This document shows positions 1 to 10,028 of a DNA stretch of 64,000 nt, one piece after another (position 1 is the stretch's first letter; the number at the start of each line of letters is the position of its first letter). The translations under genes and the position numbers were made by a program. Source of the stretch: Azolla caroliniana (Eukaryota; Plantae; Polypodiophyta); the NCBI GenBank assembly GCA_043228905.1, contig JBHGNT010000005.1:24614001-24678000 (forward strand), written 5' to 3'. Under the pieces are notes generated by a model, which had not been told where the DNA came from, made no database searches, and saw only the letters and a program-made list of their open reading frames with translations.

Positions 1-86
1 GATGACAAACAATACTCTTCAGTAGAAAACGATGGGTCTGATGACAAACAATATTCTTCAATCGAGAACGGTGAATCTTCACTCAT
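1..86 (-). CDS. Possible 5' end of a divergently oriented ORF running off the window (MSEDSPFSIEEYCLSSDPSFSTEEYCLSS...)
   Basis: ATG at 86-84 in gccATG context and an open frame to the window edge. An in-frame 39-nt (13-codon) duplication lies at 1-39/40-78. Too short to be certain. Confidence 0.35.
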   Translation of the reverse strand, partial: MSEDSPFSIEEYCLSSDPSFSTEEYCLS

Positions 87-785
87 GGCTTAAGGTCTAG
101 ATAGGGCTCTCTAAGTTATGGGCTTAGGGGAAAGAAAAAAACTAATAACCTCCTCTCTAAACATATACTCCTCTCTAAACATAAACTTCTCTCTAAACAA
201 AAGCCAAATCAATAGAATGTCTATATTATGTAATATTCTATTAATACAATACATCAAAAAATTATTTTTAATAAAGTAATTGTACTTAAAATATCAATTA
301 TTATATAAACTAGATCTATATAAAGTTAAATCAAGTAAAATATAAAACTAATCATTAACAAGCCATGAATATGTTGGATTAATGTTAAAATCATTGGCTA
401 ATTAATGGCACCCATTTTGATATAGAACGTCTCACTCATTGGTTCTTTAATGCTCACCATTTTAAATATTAGACTTATCAATCATTGGTTAATTTATGCC
501 CACATCTTTAATACACAACATTTGAGAGTCATAAAAATTGTTGGTTTTAGTAATCAATCATTGGTACATTCATGAACCTCTATCATTGTCTCATTCATAA
601 CCTTTGAAGTCATTGTAGGTTGTTATGACTATAAAAGATTGATCAATATGGTAGTTTGACTTTGTAATCATTAATACAATCATAAGTTACTCTAGTTAAT
701 GTGACTATGGTTACCAACTAACTATGCTCAAAGTTACCAACCTTGGTTAAGGTGACTATGGTTACTTTAACCAATGTGTTCAATC

Positions 786-795
786 CCTATAAATA
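786..795 (+). promoter_or_regulatory. Putative TATA box of the ParB-MTase gene
   Basis: CTATAAATAG about 150 nt upstream of ATG 939, followed by a CA-rich leader. ATTGG (reverse CCAAT) motifs lie in degenerate ~45-bp repeats at 390-570. Confidence 0.55.
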
Positions 796-819
796 GGAAG
801 ACCTCGTCATATTTCACTC

Positions 820-893
820 ACCAGAGCATACAGAGCACACAGAATGTAGAGAGCACACAGAGCACACAAAGCACACAAAGCACACAAAGCACA
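820..893 (+). repeat. Short tandem repeat (9-10 bp, CACA[A/G]AGCA) in the putative 5' leader
   Basis: Repeated agcacacaa/agcacacag units read directly. Confidence 0.8.
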
Positions 894-938
894 AACCACG
901 AAAGCGCGATCTCCGCCTCCACTTCCACACGATCAAAC

Positions 939-3900
939 ATGTCTTCAAAGAGAATCGAGCGCGAGGACTCCAGGTAGGCCTCTGACACTGTGGACATTTT
1001 TGTAAATATGTTTCGTTTCTCAAGAACTCGATACCCCGTATCGAGTTCATGTATACAATACAAATATTTATACATGAACTCGATACGGCGTATCGAGTTC
1101 ATAATTTAATTTTGCTTTTTAAACAGGAACTCGATACGTCGTATCGAGTTCGTGTTTAAAGTGTAGGTTTTAAACAGAGGAACTCGATACGCCGTATCGA
1201 GTTCGTGTTTAAAGTGTAGGTTTTAAACACGAACTCGATATGGCGTATCGAGTTCCTGTTTAAAGTGTAGGTTTCAAATAGGAACTCGATACGGCGTATC
1301 GAGTTCGTGTTTAAAACTTACACTTTAAACACGAACTCGATACGGCGTATCGAGTTCCTGTTTAAAGTTTGAATTTTAAACAGGAACTCGATACGCCGTA
1401 TCGAGTTCCTGTTTAAAGTTTAGGTTTTAAACACGAACTCGATACGCCGTATCGAGTTCCTGTTTAAAGTTTAGGTTTTAAACACGAACTCGATACGCCG
1501 TATCGAGTTCCTGTTTAAAGTTTAGGTTTTAAACACGAACTCGATACGCCGTATCGAGTTCCTGTATATAATAAGGCTTTGAGAGAGAAAAATTGTATTT
1601 TTGGGGTAACAAATAATTTTGGGATGGAAAAGATATCAAATTGTCTGGCAAAATCAGTCTTTTTATGTTGACTTTCCTTACTTTAAAAAAAAAACATGCT
1701 CTAATTATAGGTGTTTTATGACCTACTTTAGCTTAAAATAGTAGAAAATGATCCACAAATTGCCTTTACGATAGCAAATTCTCGTCAATATAGGTTTGGA
1801 ATCTATATAAGTCATACCTACTATTTAAAAGAATATATAACCCTTTTTACTTATTACGATATATATTTTCTAGGTTGAATAGCCCTGCCTATAATAGATT
1901 TTTGAATATAGGACTGCTCCTGGGAACTGTTCTTCATGTTAATATACAACCTTAATCTACGTGACTACCTAACTTATGTTTTTGCATATACTTTCTTAAA
2001 TAGGTCGTTTGAATACCTGTCGGACCGACCGGTGAAGAAAATAAAGCTTCGCATACAAGGTTCTCCAATCGAAGCCCAGACCAAGGTAGCTCCTGAGACC
2101 ATGAAGAGAGGAAAAAAGCTTCTCTTTAACGAAGAGACAAAATCTCAGCCACATAGTGATGTTAGCCAAAAGAAACTTGTCGCCGCTACTGGAGGTGAAG
2201 ACCTTCCTGACCGAGATCTAACGGACAAGGAATGGTGTATGCAATATGTCGACTTAAAGAAAAAAGTCGTATTGTATACAACAAAGAAGAAGGGTGAGGG
2301 GCAACTTGGAAAGGAAACCCCATTTATGTATGGCCGTATTCTATGATTTGACTACGAAGATGCAGATTCGGCCAACATACTGGTAATGATAGAGTGCTCC
2401 AAGGGGGTACGTAAAGTGTTCCTTTCAGAAGACCTTTTAGTAAAAGAATCTTGTGGGCCATAAGTGTTCAAAAAAGCACTTGATAGCTCACAAAACCTTA
2501 TTGTTACCTTGAGGCCTTATATACAAGGCCATGTAACTCTAAGAGATGAAGTGCCCTCCCCATTGAAGCCAACAAAAAAGGTTTCCAAAGTCCAGTCAAG
2601 ACCAGCAAAGAAGAAGACAACGAAAATGTCGGATACGGATTCAACAAGTGAAAACGAAGAGGAGGATAATAAGGGGACGCCAGGAGTTGAGCTGGCCTCG
2701 GGTGTTTTGTCATCCGAGCAGAATAAAATAAGGAGAGAGTTAATGCAACGGAAGCTGGTCAAGAAAGGGCAAGTATTTAATTTGCCTATAACACACATCC
2801 ATCGGCCCCCTATTGATGAAAAAACAGGTCGAAGACCACTTGAGATTAGAGAGCCTCACTGCATGCATGTTCAAAATCTCAAGAAAAAAATGAAAATTAA
2901 TCCTCATGCCACTGTGGTGCCTTTTATTGTTATGGTAGATCCTGAAGAATGTGAAACCATTGAAGATTTTGATATTAGAAAACATGATCAATATAATTAT
3001 TTTGTCATTGGTGGATCGCATTCAGCAGAGGCACGTCGGCAACTTGTGAGAGAACATCCAACCACTTTCTTCTTCAAGTATGCTGAGTGCAAAATTTATG
3101 TTGGGCTCACAACCGAAGAGGCTAAGCTGTTGGCATGGGACCATAATAATGATAATGACTATAGGCAGAAAATGTCGTCCATTGAGCGTATACGGTTCTT
3201 CCACCACGAGTATTTAGATGTGAAACAAAAGTTTGGTGTGAAGTTACATCCAGGCCTTCGACGTCAATGTCTGCATGAAGTCGGCATTGTGGTAGATGAT
3301 AATGTTAGGTCCGATGGTCTTCGAAAGTATGAGTCTTGGTTTCAATTGGCGTTTAGAGATGGAGAAGTATGGGACCTACAAGATCAAATCTTCTCAATGT
3401 GGGAGAATAAGGAGGTAAAGGGTAAATTGCGACATGTCACCACGACAGAACGGGGACTTGTCAACCCATACCAAAAACCTCAACGACTTATGATGCGCTT
3501 GATCGAGATGTTTTCTGTCGAAGGAGACTGGATATTAGATCTCTTTTCTGGCACAGGTATTCCTCGAACTAGGGTAACGATCTTGAGATAACCAATCACT
3601 TTTTTTTCGTTTGACAACTAAATCTTCTTGTTACTTACATCACAGGAACTACGTCAGCATGTGCATTGAAGCTGTTTAGAAATACAGTTGCATTGGAGAA
3701 GGACGAGGACCAAGTTATATTTATTAATATGCAGATTAAGGCTTTGTGGGAGTGCCCAGACCAGGATGAGGAGGTCGGTGCAAAGAACCTCGCCAATACA
3801 GAAAGGTTTCAACCTGCTTCGCGAGAGCCTATTCCTCCGTTAGCCGGCGAACCGGGGGAGCTAATAGAGCTTGATGATGAGCTTATAGAAGATATTTCGT

Positions 3901-3998
3901 TGGCTCGGCTAACAAGGGAAACCAATGCACGTATAGCCGAAGACAGTTCTACACAAGATGATGAAGAAAATGACGTTGATGAATTGATTGCTATGTAA
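939..3998 (+). pseudogene. Three-exon gene encoding a ParB/Srx-like domain fused to a C-terminal N4-C/N6-A DNA methyltransferase fragment (~646 codons, two in-frame stops)
   Basis: Exons 939-973, 2004-3556 and 3646-3998 join in frame across GT-AG introns (CAG|GTAGG...TAG|G; CAG|GTATT...CAG|G). ParB-like motifs are PFIV...YFVIGGSHSAEARRQL and LLAWDHN...RQKMSSIERI. The MTase motif NPYQKPQRLMMRLIEMFSVEGDWILDLFSGTG|TTSACALKLFRNTVALEKD is completed only by splicing. Stops are TGA 2344-2346 and TAA 2461-2463. Confidence 0.8.
1024..1561. repeat. Array of 11 palindromic 25-bp units GAACTCGATAC-NNN-GTATCGAGTTC, ~51-bp period, inside intron 1
   Basis: Units start at 1024, 1076, 1127, 1180, 1231, 1282, 1333, 1384, 1435, 1486 and 1537. 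Most spacers are themselves inverted repeats (TGTTTAAA-8 nt-TTTAAACA). Confidence 0.97.
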
Positions 3999-5039
3999 TA
4001 GACTCTATGAAGAATATGACACTGACGATTTGTTAAGATTTCACATTATTAATACAAATATTGGGTTTTACCTAGTGGATTCTATTCTTTATAATCTTCT
4101 ATATGTTTCATTTTATATACTTGATTAGTAGATTTATGACATTGGTTTCACCGCGTGCATAGCTGACTACCAAACTTACGGAGAAACATGAACTAGTTTA
4201 AATGGAGGCTGATTTTGGTCCAAGCTAACCTTAACAGAACATGGCCCTATAATTGTTGCCATGACTGTCCATGTTGTTATTATGGATCTTTGTCTTCTAT
4301 TGTTAAAACTATTATGTTTCTATTCCATTGCTGCTTAGTTTGTGTAGTGTGTTGATAATGGTTCCAGTTGCGTTATCGTTCGGAGTTTGATCTTGTGTGA
4401 ATCACCTAAGCAATAGAGTAGACCAATTTTAAATACAGGTATGAAAGCCTAATAGGTTTGTTATTTCCACGACATTATCCTAAAGTTCACTGCCTTACAA
4501 TGTGCACAATTATATACACATATGGTTTTATCTCATATGAACAAACTGAGGAATAGATTAGATCAACTTTAAATACAAGTATTGAATACTTTAATAAGTT
4601 AGTTATTCCAATCACTTATCCTAATGTGCACTATCCTACATTTTCCACAATTACATACATGCACGTATGGGTCAAAGTATAGATTATATCTCATTTTATT
4701 AGTATGGATACAAGTACACCTCATATTTTTGTAAAACTTACCTAATTAATATAAGTCTTTAAGTTAGTGTTTCCCTTGTCGCACAGTAGTGCCATATTGA
4801 GCCATAGTTGAACTTTATTATGCCTACATTAACTTATCAACATGTCTAAACTTGCATGATTTCTAATGATCTCCACTCGTAGATCTATCATGTATTTTTA
4901 TATTTGCAAATTCTCATCAAGTTGAGGAACATGTGTTACTAGTGCATCCAATTTTTGTAGAGAGGGTGTATTTGCTTCGTTTTAAGAAGATTCTACAAGT
5001 GGAATGCGCAATCCTTCCACTTGTGAACGCGAACGTGGT

Positions 5040-5589
5040 TGTGACACCAATTACAACCGTGGTTGTGTAGGCCGAATGTAAACCCTCTAGATGAAACCCT
5101 AACCGGATAGGGGAAAAGAAGAAGAAGAAGAAGAATGAAACCCCTAAAACAAGATCTTAAAATCCAAAATTCCGAAACCCTAATGACAACCCAAAGAAAC
5201 CCAAAAGTGGAAGCCCCTCAAAAGTGGCCCCTCACTCCCTTTTATAGTAATAAGGGGTGAGGCACATTACAAAAAGGAGTGGTCAAATCCCCTTTCTTTC
5301 AAAGGAGAGTATTTGACCTCAATCTTAGGAGGTGAGCTTGATGGGTCTTAACTCCCTCTCCTCTCACCGACATACCCAATGCCCACTACTCCCTACACCC
5401 ATACTTCATGTGCCTCCCTCTAGTCTACAAAGTGCACATCACCTTTATACCTTTACATCTTACTTTTCCTCCTTACATTTGTCTATTATTCCTATGTTAC
5501 AATTTTCCTAAGTTCATGTGCAATGTTGCACATCTTGTTTTATTCCTCTCGCTCGGGTTTTCTCACCATGGCTGAAAATCCTCACGACA
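5040..5589 (-). mobile_element. Gypsy-type LTR (solo or recombinant), related to the LTR at 29424-30195
   Basis: TG...CA ends. The reverse complement (tgtcgtgaggattttcagccatggtgagaaaacc...gatgtgcaacattgcacatg...ctataaaagggagtgagggg) aligns with the LTR starting at 29424. The flanks do not form a matching TSD. Confidence 0.8.
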
Positions 5590-8500
5590 TCGGTGCCCTA
5601 TGCCGGTCGGATTTCGCAAACTTGGGTCTGACGCGACCACCCTTTCACCTTCCGGTTCACAGTCTTATACCTCGTGTCTACACAAGCTGTCCAATCCGAC
5701 CCGACTTCCTCCTTGAAGTCCGCAATGACTTCGTACATTCCCATGGAACTGACCGGAATCACCCGGTCTTCGCTTAAGCCTTCCTCAACTACCTTCCCGA
5801 TCTCTCCAAGGGTGTCTTCGAATGAGACAACCTCCATGGTGCCGCTAATTTCCTCGTCGGAGCTAAGGGCATCGCACGCTCTAAGACGCTTCTCAATGCC
5901 GATTATCGTACAACCTCCGTTGTCGGAGCACCAAAACTTCCTACCTATGGTACATGTGTGGGGTTTCTCCGGGGTGCCTGGACTATCGTGGCCCCACGGC
6001 TTGATAGCCCTCTCTAAAAAACCTCTCGGTCGTCATTGCCGAGAGACTTGTGATTACGCTCATGGTTCGGTCACACAGTCAAAAATTGGACGGAGTGACA
6101 TCCGTCTTGGTTCTTCACCCGCGTGTATCCGAGAAATCGTTGTCCAGCACTTTGGTCTCCATACGGGCCGCCGTAATGTATGGTTCGTCGAGGATCACCG
6201 GGTGCGAGGAAGTCTTTTGCACAAAAAAGTGTTGATCGATTTCGACTTCGCCAATCTTCACACGTATGTTCGGGCATGCCCCGCGTAGCTCCTCTGTAGC
6301 ATGCGTAACCGCGCATATTTTCCACCCATGCTTGGTGTTGATCGGCCACTTCCCCTTTTTGTAGAAGTCCATGGACATCAGGTTTATCTTGGAAGTGTGG
6401 TCTATCAACGCCACCACCGGCTCCTGAATGTCCCCGATCCGGATGGTGGTCTCTGTAGTAGCCCTTCCCCAATGCAACTTCGAATAGTGGCTCTCCGCCA
6501 ACTCGTCCTCCAAGGTCACATCCTCTAAGTGTGTCGTCCGCACTTCCACGGGCTTCTCCAACTCTGGCTCCGTCACAAGCGTTTTACGCTTCACCAAGTC
6601 CACGATGGAATCGTGGAACTCCTTCTTGGCGATTCCAAGCATTTCCCTCAACAATAGCTCCACCTTGCTGTCAAGGATCCGTTCCTCGAAGACCTTCCGC
6701 AAGTCCGTCATCCTTTTTATTTCCGTGCTCAACCGGTAACCTGCGAGCCGGGACCGCCGACGTCATTTCTCTTCGGCACGCTCCGCGTCTCGTACCGGCC
6801 AGAGGGTCCAGCCCCTCCGCCCTTTCCCGCTCACTTATCTTCCACCAAAACTTCGTAGTTCTGGCACGCGGCCTCCACGAAACCGATCTTCTCTTCAACC
6901 GGATCGTCCCATCCCGTGACCTCCCAGACCCGCTTCTCCGATTCCTCCTTCCTTGGTCGCACTCTAGAGAGGCCTTCTAGCACCGATGGCCAAAATCCAG
7001 AGTCCTTCGTCTTTTGGCCGCCCTCGCTTTTGACCGGGATCCCAGCTAATGCTGAATAGTGGATGGCTTCGGCGTGCCGTGCCGCAACTTCTTGCATCAA
7101 CCGCTTCATTCCACCGCGCCCGTATTCAACTCTAGGGCTTTTCGGGTCTCGCTCTTGTGCACCCGCCCATTCCAAAGGTATACTACATTGCTTTTGAGTG
7201 CCTCTGTAAACTACGCGCAATCTCTTCTTATGTGGCCAACCGCGTCGCACCACATGCATCGTTGTCCGTCCGGAGGCCTCCGGTCGCGCGTCTGTTCTCC
7301 ACTGTCTCTCTTGGCCTGTGCGATCTGGAGATCACGTACCATCTGTGTTAGCTCTTCTAGAGCCGCTACCTAGATGGGCCTTTAACCACGCCGGTCAGGG
7401 CCATGCCCGATTCAAGCCAACTTCGAGTCTCTTCCTTTCGCGCCGGCAATGGCTCCTCAAACTTCCTTGCCGTTGTAGTAAAGATTTTCGCCAATGGTGT
7501 GAAAATTGAATGGAATGTACAAAATCGAGTGTGGTTCTTCACACACAACATAAAACAATAATAGTGAAGATACTCTTTTATACTAGTTTAATATCTTGGT
7601 ACAAAAGGATGGAGGTCTTCATGAGCTTTCGAATACACTTTACCACATAAGAAACAGTCAACTAAGTGGCAAATTATGTGGGTATGAAGTTTGCGAAGAA
7701 GAATAGAAAAAACAAAACTACGAGATATCCCACATAGACAGGATAAATAAGGATCCCTAATTATATAAGGAGAGCCAAAATCTATTACTTTGTGTTTATG
7801 TGTGGATCATAGAATGTTCAAGGTGACTTGAGTTGAACTCATCGGATGAATGGGTGTGGCCTAACTACTTGTAAAGGTTTTGGCTGATTGGACGAAGTCG
7901 GCGAGACGGCGACATACAAGATCGGATTGGGATCGGATTGAACCGGTCGGTTTGATCGTGGTGCATGGTGCTTTGAAGATTTTCGGTGTAAATACAAGAC
8001 CAAAAGCCTAATAGTATTTTGTGTTTTAAAAGAGATGTGAGCAAGGCTTGAACCTTGCACCTCCAAGTTGAAAGTCAATAGGCTTACCACTAAGCCAAGT
8101 CATATCTTCAAAAACTTTGCTTTGATCATTTTACATGTAAATTCTTATACATGAGAGTTTGAATGAGTGACATGGTTATCATGTAACACATGTAATACAT
8201 GAGCACCAAATGGCAAACATGCATCTCATGCATGTCTTGCACCCTCACAAGCATCATGTGCATGGGGACATCTATAAAAGAGTGGATGGAGAGGAAAAAC
8301 GAGTTATGTATTAATCAAGAAATTAAGGGGAAGAAAATTTGTTATCCCATTTTTGTGATGTATTAATCTTGTCACTCAATCTAAAGTCAAGTGTTCTATC
8401 TTATCTCAATCTCTCTCTCTTTCAATCTATCTTAAATACTTTCTCACTAAAGCTAGTGCAAACTTCGAATCCTTCCGGTCCAAAACCCCGGCGGTTCCGC

Positions 8501-9897
8501 CTCACAATCCACACGTAGTGACGGATCTTCACGACACCGTCGTCGGTCCTGTTGTCGACGGGCCCTCTTCTCTCCACTCACATCATTTGTTGAAATGGCT
8601 GCAAACCCTTTTTACCACGGCCCAGTCGGCCGTGAGCCCATCGTCTGTCTCCAATAGGGAACCCACCTCCTCTCGATCCTGCATGTCCACAGACTTGATG
8701 AACAACAGGACACGGATCGTGTCGAGCACAGTCCTGTCCAACGCCAAGAGACGAGCAAACCGTTTCTCGAACTCTTGGAGGAGCACTGACGTGTTCCTCC
8801 CCTTTTCGGGGCTTTCGACCCATTCCATAAATTCCCGTTTCAATCACCAAAGCGAGTCATTGAACCCGTACCTCTCATGGAGTCGTCCTTCGAACTCCTC
8901 CCAAGACTAACAATCGGTTGTACCTCGAGCACCTCCGCATGGATGCTCAACTTCACCACCCGAGGGAATCCAGACAATTGTCTATCCTCCGGGATGTCCC
9001 TCATTATCATTTCGGCCCGATAGGCCTCTAGATAGCTCGTCACATTCTTTCCTCCAAACCGGCCTATCGTGCCGACTATTGTTTCGATGGCCCTGTCAAG
9101 GGCACCCGTGCCCTCACGAGCGCTCTCTAGTCGATCAACGGCTACCGCCATGGCTTCAGCAAGCTCGCTTCCCCTCATCCTTCAAACTCCTTTGCCGCCC
9201 TTTCACATCGGGTTCACCAAATTATGTCGTGTAATTTTGCGTACGTGTAAGAAACGAAGGCGAGACCACAGGGGTCATGGACCGAGGAGCGTGAGAAAAG
9301 GGGAAAAGTGAAGTAAAGAGCGTGTGTCAGGCAAGCACAGAGGTCGACCAGCTTAGTCGAGATCAGATCGATGCAAGAGTCAATCAGAAGAGAAAGAAAC
9401 CCTCAATCGATTAAGAACGGATTACAGCCGGCTCACCAGTAACTACTCAGTTAAACACACACACACACACACACACACACACCAAGACAAGATACAACAT
9501 GGAGCCTCTGTCGGGAGCACACAAGGTTCCTACACAAACAAAGGCGTCCGGCAATAGAACTCCTGCATAGAACACTGACACAGAACAAGTGCTTGGTCCC
9601 CAGTCTGACATCACCTTGTTCTCCCCCAAAACGCAACCTAATTCTCAGTCCTCTCTCCCAACTTTTATAAGTCCAAGAGGGGGGAGTCGTTACATCCTGT
9701 AATTACATCTTTATTCTCTGTCCCTTTGGACAGAGATTTGTTCATATATTTAATGTGTCTATATCAAAGTCTGTCTACATCATGCCGACCTATTCTTAGA
9801 CTATGTACAATTAATTTACAACTTTGTGCATCCGTGCACATTGTGGTTCACACGCTTAGGTCTTCGTTTCCGCTTGTAGCCAGTTTTCCTCATGACA
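5590..9897 (-). mobile_element. Degenerate, 3'-truncated Gypsy retrotransposon: 5' LTR 9225-9897, PBS-like site, gag, zinc knuckle, aspartic protease
   Basis: LTR tgtcatga...cacgaca is followed by TGGTGAACCCG. Coding remnants are gag (RFGGKNVTSYLEAY, 8840-9178), a CMWCDAVGHIRRDC knuckle near 7260 and a protease (ALIDHTSKINLM, 6115-6732), with frameshifts and stops. Confidence 0.85.
7474..8536 (+). mobile_element. Solo LTR inserted in the Gypsy gag region
   Basis: TG...CA ends and a 4-bp TSD CCGT (7470-7473 / 8537-8540). Removing it rejoins gag (GPTTARKFEEP). Internal TATA ctataaaag. Confidence 0.85.
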
Positions 9898-9902
9898 CTA
9901 CA

Positions 9903-9985
9903 TGTTGGGGACAAGGCCGTCAATGCGGAAGTGCAAGCAACATTCGTGATGAAGAAGAACCTATGTATGCGCATGAGCAAGATAG

Positions 9986-10028
<43 letters not shown>

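Noticed and set aside
774-1102. Short ORFs with STQ / VLC repeats
   Set aside because: They are products of the 9-10-bp leader repeat. Only 939-973 fits a splice-supported exon.
1024-1561. CRISPR array
   Set aside because: The spacers are near-identical and palindromic rather than unique, there are no cas genes, and the array lies in a spliceosomal intron.
2344-2463. Stop-codon reassignment or editing to explain the in-frame stops
   Set aside because: Both TGA and TAA are involved, other genes in the window end in ordinary stops, and C-to-T decay explains them more simply.
1936-3998. Three separate genes as in the ORF track, or a bacterial contaminant operon
   Set aside because: The ORFs share a frame or join by canonical splicing into one protein, and the locus is contiguous with plant retroelements.
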